A stretch of 58,965 nt of DNA, from the IMG/VR virus record IMGVR_UViG_3300044654_000030, positions 1 through 58,965 of that record; one strand, given 5' to 3'. A model generated the notes under the pieces. The model saw only the letters and a list, made by a program, of their open reading frames with translations, did not search any database and was not told the DNA's origin. Shown piece by piece: positions 44,857-54,451 of the stretch; the first letter of the stretch is position 1, and every line of letters begins with the position of its first letter. The position numbers and the translations under genes are program-made. This DNA is from a virus. Its lineage: Duplodnaviria > Caudoviricetes.

Positions 44857-47187
44857 TCAGGGCGACTCCGCCCCGGAGATGGTGATCTGGTGGATGCGGA
44901 CCGGGGCGCCGGCCGCGACGCCGGAGAGCTGCACGCGCACGAAGCGGTCGGGGTGGGCGTACGGGTCGGCGTGCCCGGCGAGCCGCTGCACGGCGTACCC
45001 CTTGGGGGTGTCCAGGTCGAAGGTGATGTCCGGGCTGCCGGCCCGGGTGACGACCTGGTCGCTGGCGCGGTCCAGCGCCCAGGTGCGGGCGGCCGGCTCG
45101 TGGTCGAAGCCGAGCTGCAAGTCCACCAGGGTCGGGACGGCCGTCGGGGTGTAGACCAGCGCGACGTCCCGGGCGTTGTCGCGCTCGTCGGGGACCAGCT
45201 CGTGCCAGCCGCCGGCCCAGGTCCAGGGGATGCCGCCGACGCGGTAGGCGCTGGTGGCGTCGGGGATGGTGTCCCAGGGGCGGACGACCTCGATCCGGGT
45301 CGCCGAGTTGCCGGCGACGCGGCGGAGCTGGCCCGCGCCCGTGCCGGCGACGATGGCGATCGGCGCCCCTTCGAGGTCGTCGAAGCTCGCCGTCGCGTCG
45401 GTCAGGCTGATCGCGTCGGCGGCGGTGGCGGACCCGGCGGTGGTGCCGGCGCCGGAGATGCCGTCGTAGGTCCCCTCCCCCAGGCAGACGACGCGGCGGG
45501 CGACCGTCCCGGCCAGGCTGCGGCGGGCGCCGGCGAGCGGGGGGCATGAGCCCCCCGTCGGCACGGTGGCGGCCGCCGAGGCGGTCATCGCCGCCGGATA
45601 GGCTTCCACCCACCACCGCCCGGAGCGGTAGTCGAGGCCGATGGCGTGCCGCGGCACCCCGCCGTCGCCGACGAACGCCACGAACCACCGGATCGTGTCC
45701 CGCAGCGGGTCGGCCGCCGCGTGCCAGGTGCGTTGGTCGGCGGCCCAGTCCACCCGCAGGGGGCCCTCGCCGTCGGGCAGGAAGAGGTCCTGGATCGGCG
45801 TGGACGCCGCCTCCGACCCCTCCCCGTCGAACTTCCAGATCCCCGCCTCGTCGAGGAGGTAGACGTCGCCGTCGGCCCGCGCCCAGCACCGGGCGTTGAG
45901 GCAGCCGCGGTGGGCGACCAGGAACACGAAGCCGTCGCGGCCCGGGTCCTCCTCGTACGCCAGGTAGTAGACGTGCCGCCGCTGGAGGACGTACAGGAAC
46001 TGCCCCCGGACCATCAGGCCGGTCACGTCGTCGTCGTCCTCGGGCAGGGCGACGGCGTTGGTGATCGGCCAGGCGTCCGGCAGCGCCGGCTCGGAGTAGT
46101 ACAGGAGCTTGCGCTGGCCCGGGGCCGGGCGGATCGCGTAGGCGGCGTAGGGGGCCGGCCGCTCGAAGTACGGGGTCGCCAGGGTCAGGACCTGGTTGAC
46201 CGGGTCCACCGCGGCGATCGGGTACGCCTGGGTGGCCCCGGCGACGTAGAGCCACCGGCCGGCCAGGCTCGCCGGCCACGCGGTGCCGACCCCGGCCATC
46301 GTCGCCTGGTTGAACCGCGGCAGGACGTGGCCGTCGGCGTAGGTGGCCTCCCCGGCGGCGAAGGCGCGGCCCTTGTGGCAGGCGACGACGGCGCGGTGGC
46401 TGGGGGGCACGCCGTAGCGGGCGGCGTACGGCAGCTCGGCGTCGCCGTAGGTCCAGGGGACCGCCTCCTGCTGCGCCAGCGTCTCGTCGTCGAGGGTGCT
46501 GGTGAAGGTCGTGCTCGCCAGGTCGGTCGTGTCGATGTCCACGTACCAGACCGACGCATCCCCGCCGAGGTTGCGCAGGACCTGGCGGCGGACGACCTTC
46601 GCCTCGACGGGGGTCGGGACGTTCGCGTAGGCGATCGCCGCGACGCCCAGGGTCCACGCGCCGCCCTGGTTGTACCGGCCGCTGGTGATCCGGAGGCCGT
46701 TGATCGTGAAGGTGTCGCCGTCGGCCACGGTGATCGTCCAGGAGCCGTTGGCGAGCACCAGGCCCTCGACGCCCTCGATCGTGACCACCTGGCCGGTCGC
46801 CAGGCCGTGGGCGGCGGAGTGGACGGCGACGACGCCGGACGACGTGTCGTACGAGACGTCGTCGATCCAGCCGTCGCGGCCCAGGTCCACGGCGGCGGCG
46901 ATCGGGCTCGGGGAGGACGGGTTGCCGTCGGCGTCGAGGAACCGGACCCACGCGGCGTACTGGCCCGAGAGCAGGCCGACGCCGACGCCGGCCAGGGTCG
47001 GGGCGGACCCCGGCGGCTGGACGCCGACGGTGGTGGCGGCCGGCCGGGGCGGGGTCCACTTGAGCATCGGGTCGATGCCGTTGGCGGCCAGGACGACCCC
47101 CTCGGGGGTCTCGGCGAAGCTCAGGGGGAAGGAGCCGGAGATCCCCGCCGCGAGGATCGCCTGGAGGCCGGCGCCGGGCTCGGTCAT
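44857..47187 (-). CDS. Tail nozzle/stabilisation-like beta-propeller protein with E1-FCCH-like insert
   Basis: HGLATGQVVTIEGV...NGSWTITV.DGDTFT; LYYSEP..PDAWP; GCLNARC. Confidence 0.6.
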   Translation of the reverse strand: MTEPGAGLQAILAAGISGSFPLSFAETPEGVVLAANGIDPMLKWTPPRPAATTVGVQPPGSAPTLAGVGVGLLSGQYAAWVRFLDADGNPSSPSPIAAAVDLGRDGWIDDVSYDTSSGVVAVHSAAHGLATGQVVTIEGVEGLVLANGSWTITVADGDTFTINGLRITSGRYNQGGAWTLGVAAIAYANVPTPVEAKVVRRQVLRNLGGDASVWYVDIDTTDLASTTFTSTLDDETLAQQEAVPWTYGDAELPYAARYGVPPSHRAVVACHKGRAFAAGEATYADGHVLPRFNQATMAGVGTAWPASLAGRWLYVAGATQAYPIAAVDPVNQVLTLATPYFERPAPYAAYAIRPAPGQRKLLYYSEPALPDAWPITNAVALPEDDDDVTGLMVRGQFLYVLQRRHVYYLAYEEDPGRDGFVFLVAHRGCLNARCWARADGDVYLLDEAGIWKFDGEGSEAASTPIQDLFLPDGEGPLRVDWAADQRTWHAAADPLRDTIRWFVAFVGDGGVPRHAIGLDYRSGRWWVEAYPAAMTASAAATVPTGGSCPPLAGARRSLAGTVARRVVCLGEGTYDGISGAGTTAGSATAADAISLTDATASFDDLEGAPIAIVAGTGAGQLRRVAGNSATRIEVVRPWDTIPDATSAYRVGGIPWTWAGGWHELVPDERDNARDVALVYTPTAVPTLVDLQLGFDHEPAARTWALDRASDQVVTRAGSPDITFDLDTPKGYAVQRLAGHADPYAHPDRFVRVQLSGVAAGAPVRIHQITISGAESP

Positions 47188-47196
47188 CGGGACCTC

Positions 47197-48234
47197 CTAG
47201 TGGGGCAGGCCGCCGCCGGGCGGGAGGAGTGCGGGGGCGCGCCGCCAGGGGAGGACGACCACCCCGTCGGCGCGGTCGATGAAGGCCAGGGCGCCGGACG
47301 CCGCGCCCCGGGCGCCGCGGCCGGGCAGCGCCCGCGCGGCCAGGGCCAGCCGGCTGGCGGCCGCCGGCCGGAGCATCTGGTTCGACTTGGCGGCCGGGGA
47401 CAGGACGATCGCCGACGCCGCGGCGACGCTGGCCGCCCGGGACGCGGTCGCGGCCGGGCCGAGCGCCACGCGGGACGCGGCGGCGGCCAGGCCGGCGCGG
47501 ACCTGGCCCGCCGCCGGGCCCAGCTTGATCGCATTGGCGGCGGCCAGGGGGTAGGCGCGGGCGACCCACGCCGAGGCGGTCGCGTGGACCCCCAGGCCGC
47601 TGGCCGACCCGTCGCGATCGACCCGCGTCGGGTTCGCCACGCACCACGAGCCGGCCAGCGCCAGGCGGCTGGCGGCGGCCGGGCGCCAGAACCGGGGGGC
47701 GGGCACGCACGTCGCCCCCAGGCTCAGGCGGGTCGTCGCGGACGCCGGCCGGCCGTGGGGGAAGACGTAGGCGTCGCACAGGACCGCGAACGTCAAGTCG
47801 GGCGGGAGCCCCGACGACGCCGGCTCGGCCGAGAGGTAGATCTTGGAATTGTAGGCGTCGTCGGCCGCCCAATAGTACAGGTGGTTGGCGGCCGCGACGG
47901 TGAAGGTGTGGACCGGGTTGCCGTTGTCCCAGACGTTGAAGACGACCGTGTTGGCGGCGTGCGGGAAGATCCAGCGGACCTGGCCGGCGGCCGGGCCCAG
48001 CCGGACCCCGGAGGCCGCCGTCACGTACGCCCCCTTGAACGTGCCCGCGACCGGGGCGAGGAGGATGCCCGAGCTCGCCGCCAGGGCGACGGCCGAGTCC
48101 TGGTGCATCGCCTGCGGGGCGAGGACCACCCCCGACGACGACCCGACGATCCAGGCGGTGGCGCCCCGGGCGTCGCCGAGGATCAGGCCGCCGAGCTGGG
48201 CCGTCGCGCCGCCGAGGACCGCGGTGTTGGACAT
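47197..48234 (-). CDS. Ala-rich repeat tail protein
   Basis: Repeated AASxxxLxP.A units. Confidence 0.6.
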   Translation of the reverse strand: MSNTAVLGGATAQLGGLILGDARGATAWIVGSSSGVVLAPQAMHQDSAVALAASSGILLAPVAGTFKGAYVTAASGVRLGPAAGQVRWIFPHAANTVVFNVWDNGNPVHTFTVAAANHLYYWAADDAYNSKIYLSAEPASSGLPPDLTFAVLCDAYVFPHGRPASATTRLSLGATCVPAPRFWRPAAASRLALAGSWCVANPTRVDRDGSASGLGVHATASAWVARAYPLAAANAIKLGPAAGQVRAGLAAAASRVALGPAATASRAASVAAASAIVLSPAAKSNQMLRPAAASRLALAARALPGRGARGAASGALAFIDRADGVVVLPWRRAPALLPPGGGLPH

Positions 48235-48256
48235 CGGCTCGCCCCCCGCGGCCCCG

Positions 48257-49366
48257 TCATGCGCCCTGCACGAACGACATCACCGTGATCGCGCAGTCGG
48301 CGAAGGATTGGTTCGGGGTGTACACGTAGAAGCCGATCTGGTCCGGGGTGATGAAGTCGGACCGCGCGATCGCCAGCCACCGGGCGAAGAAGATCCCGTC
48401 GCCCGAGAGCGACACCGTCCGGGTGGTGCCGTCGTCGCGGATGCGATGGAACCGGGCCAGGGTGTAGGGGTAGAGCCGGCGGTTGTCGTAGATGCCGTTG
48501 AACGACGTCGGGCTGTTCCAGGTGAACGACCCGATCTCGCAGGTGATGCCCCCGTTGGCGTTGGCGTCGGTGAGGAAGTTGTAGGTGATCAGCTTCCCCG
48601 AGGCGCTGTCGCGCAGGATCATCCCGCACTCGCTGGCGTACGTCGGCGCGTAGGTCGGGAGCATCTGCACGGTGATCGTGTACGGCGGCGCCGGCAGCGC
48701 CCGGACGAACCCGGAGATGCCGTTGGAGTAGCCGCTGATCGAGACCGTCATGGGCCCGCCGGGGAGGAACGACTGCACGGCGGCCCCGGGGTTGACCGCC
48801 GTCCAGGCGGTGGCCGGGGGCGGCGTCTGGGGCCAGAGCGGGCCGAGCTGATTCCAGGCGGCCCCGGTGTCGTACCACAGCACCGTGCCGTCGGTGGGGA
48901 AGTAGAACCGCCCCTGCTGCGTCGCGTTGGGCCGGCTGATCGCCCCGCCGCTCTGGAAGCAGGAGATCGTCGCGGACAGGTCGCAGGCGTCGGTGGTCGG
49001 GTTGTCGGCCAGGCTCCAGGCGATCCCGCCCCCGGACTTGTAGTTCGTCTCGCGGCGGGCGGAGACGTTGGTGGAGTCCTGGGTCTGGCGGACCAGGTGC
49101 CGCAGCGACTGGTCGGTCAAGACCCCCTGGACGACGGTGCCGATGCCGTAGCTCCCGGCGGTCGTCCCCTCCTGCGCCCGGGCGACGGCCCAGGTCGTCG
49201 AGCCCAGGCCGCCCGTGACGAGCATGATCTCGTTGCCGACCTTGATGGTCGTCTGCCCGGACGCCGGGAACCCGGTGGACGACGCGACCGAGATCGAGGT
49301 GTCGCCGGAGGCGACGGTGTTGGCGAGCGTCGTGCTCGCCAGGTTCGCGTAATTCTCCCTCGCCAT
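48257..49366 (-). CDS. Tail fibre/receptor-binding-like protein
   Basis: ASTTLA...SVASSTGFP...VARAQEGT N-terminal module; beta-sandwich-like C-terminus. Confidence 0.65.
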   Translation of the reverse strand: MARENYANLASTTLANTVASGDTSISVASSTGFPASGQTTIKVGNEIMLVTGGLGSTTWAVARAQEGTTAGSYGIGTVVQGVLTDQSLRHLVRQTQDSTNVSARRETNYKSGGGIAWSLADNPTTDACDLSATISCFQSGGAISRPNATQQGRFYFPTDGTVLWYDTGAAWNQLGPLWPQTPPPATAWTAVNPGAAVQSFLPGGPMTVSISGYSNGISGFVRALPAPPYTITVQMLPTYAPTYASECGMILRDSASGKLITYNFLTDANANGGITCEIGSFTWNSPTSFNGIYDNRRLYPYTLARFHRIRDDGTTRTVSLSGDGIFFARWLAIARSDFITPDQIGFYVYTPNQSFADCAITVMSFVQGA

Positions 49367-49396
49367 CGGCCCGGCCCCCTACGACCGCGGATCGGA

Positions 49397-49975
49397 TCAG
49401 GTGCTCGACGACGAGACGCTGTAGGTGGTCTTGAGCGTGTCGCCGTTGTTGCACGTCTGATTGCCCCCGCTGAAGGCCGCGGTGGCGAACAGCTTGCCGG
49501 CGGTCCCGCCCTTGGTCGAGTCGCTGACCAGGAACAGGCCGCGGACCGTCAGGGCCGACGTCGGGGTCATGTGGAAGTCGCAGGTCGTGCCGTTCGTGAC
49601 CGTCTGGCCCGAGCTGGCGCCGGGGCTCCAGGCGATGCGGGTGGCGTCGGAGTAGTTCCCCGAGGCGACCTCGCTCCACCCGGTGTGCGACGTCATGCTG
49701 TCGGTGTTGGCGAACGCCGTGAAGCCGGCGTTGTCCACCAGGCCGAGATACCACTGGGTGACGGGGGCCTGGTTGCGGAGGTAGACGTTCAGGACGTCGT
49801 CCAGGGCGGCGAGGACGACCATGTTCTTGGCCGTGTCCTCCCACTTCAGGACCCCGTCGGGGCCGAAGCACTGGACGTGGAACTCGCCGCCGATCGCCAG
49901 GCCGGAGCTGTACTGCTCGGGGCGGGCGCGCTCGACGACGCCCTCGGCGACGTCGGAGAAACTCATGCAGTCCAT
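49397..49975 (-). CDS. Conserved phage tail protein
   Basis: LKWEDTAKNMVV...WYLGL...GDTLKTTY. Confidence 0.7.
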   Translation of the reverse strand: MDCMSFSDVAEGVVERARPEQYSSGLAIGGEFHVQCFGPDGVLKWEDTAKNMVVLAALDDVLNVYLRNQAPVTQWYLGLVDNAGFTAFANTDSMTSHTGWSEVASGNYSDATRIAWSPGASSGQTVTNGTTCDFHMTPTSALTVRGLFLVSDSTKGGTAGKLFATAAFSGGNQTCNNGDTLKTTYSVSSSST

Positions 49976-50007
49976 CGGGGGGCCTCGGGGGCAGGTCGGC
50001 TTCGACC

Positions 50008-51516
50008 TCAGATTCGGGGGTTGCGGCCGCGGACCAGGAGGCCGCCGGTGAGCTGCGCCAGGATGTACCGCGCCTCGGGCCGCTCGACGGCGTGCAGCGC
50101 CGTCACGGCGCCGCCGGGGTCGCCCCCGGGGACCACGTCGAACCGCGCCGTGGCGCCGCCGGGCACCCCGGCGGTCGCGTACGCGAACGTCACCCGGTAA
50201 CTACCCCCCAGGACGCCGACGCCCAGCGGGAGCCGGAGCAACCACCGGGTCCCGTCGGAGCCGGGGGCCAGCGGCACGAGGGGCGTCTGGCCCGACAGGA
50301 CGCTGCCGGCCGGGCCGGCGATCCCCGCCGTCGGGGTGGCGTCGGGCGGCGTCGGCAGGTTGCCGGGCCCGAACGTCGTCAGGGGGATCGCGACCACGTC
50401 GCCGAGCTGATACCGCCCCAGGGCGTCGCCGCCGCCGGAGGGGGCCAGGACGAACCCCGACGCCGCCGCCGCGACCGCGGCGCGGACCTCGCGCGCCGCC
50501 GGCCGGAGGGCCAGGCGCGACGCCGCCCCCACGGCCCGCGGGCCGGGGAGCCACCCCGACGCCGGCAGGACGAACGCGCTGGCGGCCGACGCGACGGCCC
50601 ACCGATGCTCGGAGCCGGCCTGGGACAGGACCAGCCCCGAGGCCGCGGTCGGGAAGCCCCACCGGACCTCGGCCCCGGCCGGGGACAGGACGACGCCGGA
50701 CGAGGCGGCCGGGAAGATCCACCGGACCGCGGAGTCGGCCTGGGAGAGGACGACCCCGGAGGCGGCCGACACGGGGTAGGCGTGCGTCTGGGACGACAGG
50801 AAGACCCGCGGCGCCGGGGGCCGGACGACGCCGTACGGCTCGACCTGGAGCCGGGCCAGCTCGGCGGCCGAGAGGGCGCGGCCCCAGGCCGCCACCCAGG
50901 CGACCTGGCCGCCGGCCAGCAGGTAGTGCCCGAACCCGTACGACCCGCCGATCCAGAGGTGGGCCGAGGCGCTGGGGATCGCCCCCGTGAGGCCCCCCGT
51001 CGCCTGGCTGACGCCGTCGAGCCAGAGGGTCAGGGTCGCCCCGTCGTAGGTCCCGGCGATCGTGTGCCAGGTGTTGGCGGCCGGCGTGCCCGACATCTGC
51101 GCCAGGACGGAGCCGCCGGAGAAGTCGAGGTTGCCGTTGCCGTTGATCCGCAGCGCCCAGCCGAAGGGGGAGCTGCCGGCCTCCTTGGAGACGATGGACT
51201 GGCCGGCGGCGGTGCCGGCGAAGCTCACCCGCGCGGCGACCGTCAGGGCGGTCGCGTTGAACGCCGGGTCGGCCCCGCAATCGAGCGCGCCGGCGCCGCC
51301 GAAGGTCAGGACGCCCCCCTCGGGCGACCCGCCCCACGTCGGCCCGGTCCCGGTCGGGGTGCCGTGGTGGCCGCCGGCCAGGTCGGCGGCCAGCGGCCCG
51401 GACCCCTCGACCAGGGGCCAGTAGCCGAGCAGGCCGGCGGCCAGCGGGTGCGTCGGGTCGAGCCGGGCCCCGGCGGGCGGCTTCGCCCGCCAGCGGGCCT
51501 TGGAGGAGACGATCAC
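50008..51516 (-). CDS. LamG/ConA-like domain tail protein with Ala-rich repeats
   Basis: LLGYWPLVEGSG, WHTIAGTYDGATLTLWLDG, WGRALSAAE. Confidence 0.75.
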   Translation of the reverse strand: MIVSSKARWRAKPPAGARLDPTHPLAAGLLGYWPLVEGSGPLAADLAGGHHGTPTGTGPTWGGSPEGGVLTFGGAGALDCGADPAFNATALTVAARVSFAGTAAGQSIVSKEAGSSPFGWALRINGNGNLDFSGGSVLAQMSGTPAANTWHTIAGTYDGATLTLWLDGVSQATGGLTGAIPSASAHLWIGGSYGFGHYLLAGGQVAWVAAWGRALSAAELARLQVEPYGVVRPPAPRVFLSSQTHAYPVSAASGVVLSQADSAVRWIFPAASSGVVLSPAGAEVRWGFPTAASGLVLSQAGSEHRWAVASAASAFVLPASGWLPGPRAVGAASRLALRPAAREVRAAVAAAASGFVLAPSGGGDALGRYQLGDVVAIPLTTFGPGNLPTPPDATPTAGIAGPAGSVLSGQTPLVPLAPGSDGTRWLLRLPLGVGVLGGSYRVTFAYATAGVPGGATARFDVVPGGDPGGAVTALHAVERPEARYILAQLTGGLLVRGRNPRI

Positions 51517-51531
51517 GGGCGCCTCACCTCA

Positions 51532-52113
51532 TCACGTCAGGGTGTCGAGGGTCGCCTCGATCGTCACCGCGTTGGTCGCGTCGAGGTTGGTGGCCCGGGC
51601 GAAATACTTGCCCTGGGGCAGGTACAGCTCCTTGCTGTACACCGTGTTGGCCGCGTAGGTGCCGGCCGCGGAGCCGGGCTGGACGGTCGTCGTCGCCGCC
51701 TGCTCGACGAGGTACACCAGGTCGTTGGCGGCGTAGGCGTTGGTCGTCGCCGAGACGGTCAGGGTCGTGCCCGAGATCGCCGAGATGGTGACGGTCTCGC
51801 CGACGTTGGCCCCCGCCTGCTTCAGGCCGATGACCTGGCCGACCTGGAGGCCGGCGGCCGAGGCGACCGCCAGCGACGTGGCGCCGGCCGCGGCCCCCGA
51901 GGACAGGGTCGTCGAGCCGTAGACGTGGAAGACCTCCCACTTCACCCCGGCGACGGCGGCGACGGTGCCGCCGGTCTGCATCTTGCAGTGGAGCTGCCCC
52001 TCCCAGGCGGCGGTCAGGTCCACGAGGGTGCCGAGGACCTTGGAGGCCCCGAGGCTGGTGCCCGAGGCGATGGTGTTCCCGAGCGCGCCCGGGGTGTAGG
52101 TCGGTGCAGGCAT
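51532..52113 (-). CDS. Virion structural protein
   Basis: Thr/Ala-rich beta protein. Confidence 0.65.
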   Translation of the reverse strand: MPAPTYTPGALGNTIASGTSLGASKVLGTLVDLTAAWEGQLHCKMQTGGTVAAVAGVKWEVFHVYGSTTLSSGAAAGATSLAVASAAGLQVGQVIGLKQAGANVGETVTISAISGTTLTVSATTNAYAANDLVYLVEQAATTTVQPGSAAGTYAANTVYSKELYLPQGKYFARATNLDATNAVTIEATLDTLT

Positions 52114-52117
52114 GAGT

Positions 52118-52618
52118 TCACATCACCCGGAAGAGGTCGTCGAGCGTGATCACCACCCCCGGCCCGAAGAGCGCCTCGGCGCGACTGGCGGGGACGACGG
52201 CGAGGGCCAGCAGGTCGGCCTTGAGGGTCGCCGGGACGCCCGGCACGGTCGCGAGCACGTCCACGACCCCGGCCGGGCTGGGGCCGGTGCCGAAGACCCG
52301 CGGGTCGAGCGTGTCCAGGGCCGTCTGGAGCTGGAAGATCGCCAGGGCGGAGCGGGCGGCCGACCGCTGGGCCGGGGTCAGGTTGACGTTGCCGGCGGCG
52401 GCGATCAGGGCGTCGAAGAGCCCCGTCCCCCCGGCGTAGACCAGGAGCTGGGGCAGGGCGACGTACCGGACGTCCTTGGCCCAGGGCTGGGGCGGGCCGA
52501 GCCGGTCGGCCGGCGTGTTCAGCAGGGAGACCACCTGGCCGCGGGTCTTGCCGGCGTAGCCCAGGTTCGCCGGGTCCACCGCGATCTCCGCCTTCAGGGC
52601 GGCGTAGTCGAGCGCCAT
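52118..52618 (-). CDS. Hypothetical virion-associated protein
   Basis: LKAEIAVDPANLGY...SRAEALFG. Confidence 0.65.
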   Translation of the reverse strand: MALDYAALKAEIAVDPANLGYAGKTRGQVVSLLNTPADRLGPPQPWAKDVRYVALPQLLVYAGGTGLFDALIAAAGNVNLTPAQRSAARSALAIFQLQTALDTLDPRVFGTGPSPAGVVDVLATVPGVPATLKADLLALAVVPASRAEALFGPGVVITLDDLFRVM

Positions 52619-52627
52619 CGGGAGTCC

Positions 52628-52822
52628 TCACTCGGGGTCGAAGGAGACGACGGCGTACCCGGGGCGGACCCGCAGCTCGCCCGGCCGCCACGACAGGGCG
52701 TTGACCTGGAGCGACGCCGCCCCCGGGGGCAGGTCGTGGGGATCGACGTGCGCCACCAGGCCGGCGAAGTCGCGGATGACGACCCGGTCGTCCGGGTCCC
52801 TCGGGTCGGGGCGGCGGGGCAC
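52628..52822 (-). CDS. 64-aa protein resembling the N-terminus of tail nozzle proteins
   Basis: DFAGLV..VDPHDLPPGA...N......GELRVRPGY; RBS AGGAGGT. Confidence 0.65.
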   Translation of the reverse strand: MPRRPDPRDPDDRVVIRDFAGLVAHVDPHDLPPGAASLQVNALSWRPGELRVRPGYAVVSFDPE

Positions 52823-52832
52823 GGGACACCTC

Positions 52833-53996
52833 CTACGCCAGGCTGGCGGCCTCGGACAGGTCGATCGGCATGTCCCGCAGCCGCTGGCGCAAGGGCGCCT
52901 GGTGGCCGGCGGACCGGCCCTGGAACGAGCGGCTGTCGGTCGCCTTGGCCTCCCGCAGCGCCTGCGCCGCCAGGGCCAGGGCGTCGGCCTTGGACTCGGC
53001 GTTGCGCAGGACCGCCAGGCGGGCCTCGGCGGCGCGGAGGAACGCCGTGAGCATCGCGCCGGGCTCCAGGTCCACCGGGTCGGAGATCACATAGGGGCTC
53101 GCCGGCAGCGTCGCCGGCGCCGGGTCGGCCAGGGTCAGGTCGGCGGCGTCCTGGTAGCCGACGATCATCGTCTCGAAGACGGCCGGGTTCAGCCCCTCCG
53201 GGCCGGTCGGCATCAGGCTCGGCGTCCCGAGCCGGAAGACCGAGCCGACCAGGTCGGGAGTCCACGTCGCCCCGGGGCCGAAGACCGACGCCACCCCGGC
53301 GGTCACGACCGCCTGGCCGACGCCGACCTTCGCCACCCGCAGGGGACGGGGCTGGCGCAGGTAGATGAAGTCGATCGACCGGACCTCGGTCGGCACCGGC
53401 AGGAGCCGGATCACCATCCGCCCGGGGTACTGCCGGTCGCCGGTGAAGGTGTAGCACCGCGGCACGCCCTCGGCGAACACGTAGCGGTTCTCGAACAACC
53501 ACGTGCGCGGATGGACATATTCCATCCCGCCGAAGTTCAGCTCGTAGGACGCCCGGTCGGCCGCGACGAAGTCGGCCGGGAGCGGGTACGTGTCCTGGTA
53601 CAGGGTGTAGGCCGTGCCGGCGGGCAGGTCCTGCCCCGGGTTGACCTCCTCCTCCAGGGTGAGCTGCGTCGCGTTGACCACCGACGCCACGCGGTACGCC
53701 ACCGTGCCGACCCGGAGGTAGCCGCCCGCCGCCCAGGCCGGCCAGGTCCCGCCCGTCAGGGTGACGAGCCGGGGTACGGACCCGGACGAGTGCTGATAGG
53801 CGATGGTGCCGGCCGAGGCCGGGGCGTTGGTGACGATCCGGCCGTGGCGGAGGAGGTACGTCCAGGTGTGGGCGGCGGCGACGTCGCGGTACGCCTCCTG
53901 GATCGCCCGCCGGCAGTCGCGCTGCACCGCCTCGGCGGGGTTGCCGCCGAGGTAGTCCACCAGCCGGTCGAGCACGTCCTGGTACGTCACGGGCAT
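52833..53996 (-). CDS. Head-tail adaptor (tail tubular A-like)
   Basis: TYQDVL...AIQEAY...WTYL; YPLPADF; GVPRCY...LLPVP. Confidence 0.65.
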   Translation of the reverse strand: MPVTYQDVLDRLVDYLGGNPAEAVQRDCRRAIQEAYRDVAAAHTWTYLLRHGRIVTNAPASAGTIAYQHSSGSVPRLVTLTGGTWPAWAAGGYLRVGTVAYRVASVVNATQLTLEEEVNPGQDLPAGTAYTLYQDTYPLPADFVAADRASYELNFGGMEYVHPRTWLFENRYVFAEGVPRCYTFTGDRQYPGRMVIRLLPVPTEVRSIDFIYLRQPRPLRVAKVGVGQAVVTAGVASVFGPGATWTPDLVGSVFRLGTPSLMPTGPEGLNPAVFETMIVGYQDAADLTLADPAPATLPASPYVISDPVDLEPGAMLTAFLRAAEARLAVLRNAESKADALALAAQALREAKATDSRSFQGRSAGHQAPLRQRLRDMPIDLSEAASLA

Positions 53997-54451
53997 CGGG
54001 GCGGCCCCTCATCCCCCGGGGGACGCCCCGAGGGGAACACGAACACGGCGATCAGCAGGCACACGAAGGCGACGACGGCGCGGACCCAGTCCCAGGCCGC
54101 CCGGATCAGGGACATGGCCGCCCCCGATCCCGCCAGTCCGCGAGGACCGCGGCGACCAGGACGACGACCAGGATGCCGACGCAGGCGGCGACCTGGAGGA
54201 CGGGGTTCACGTCGTGAGCAGGGGGCATCGGCACTCCTCCCGGGGGGGCGCCAGCCCGGCGATCGCCCGGCGGGCGAACGCGACGAGGCGGCGGGCCAGG
54301 TCGTAGATCGTGACGAGCGTGACGAGCGCGCGGATCAGGAACATGGCGGCCTCCGGAAGAAGGCGCCCACGACGGAGACGACCATGAGGCCGACCAGGGC
54401 GCCGGAGCCGAGCAGGACGATCACCAGGAGGAAGGTCACGGGGTCGGGCAT
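53987..54451 (-). CDS. Four overlapping hydrophobic micro-ORFs (54335-54451, 54207-54344, 54106-54228, 53987-54115)
   Basis: Hand-translated 38, 45, 40 and 42 aa; overlapping starts and stops; RBS GGAGGAG before the third. Confidence 0.55.

Larger units (their letters stand above)
40200..45561. repeat. Five copies of a REP-like hairpin element GCGAGCGGGGGGCGTGAGCCCCCTG(TCGG)
   Basis: 40200-40224 (+), 40344-40371 (-), 44038-44070 (-), 44823-44855 (+), 45533-45561 (+, 2 mismatches). Confidence 0.9.

Noticed and set aside
50196-50207. GGTAACTACCCC matching the 41444 palindrome core
   Set aside because: 12-bp match inside a coding region without full arms.
41469-52113. Diversity-generating retroelement acting on tail genes
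   Set aside because: No reverse transcriptase and no TR/VR pair differing only at adenines in this window.
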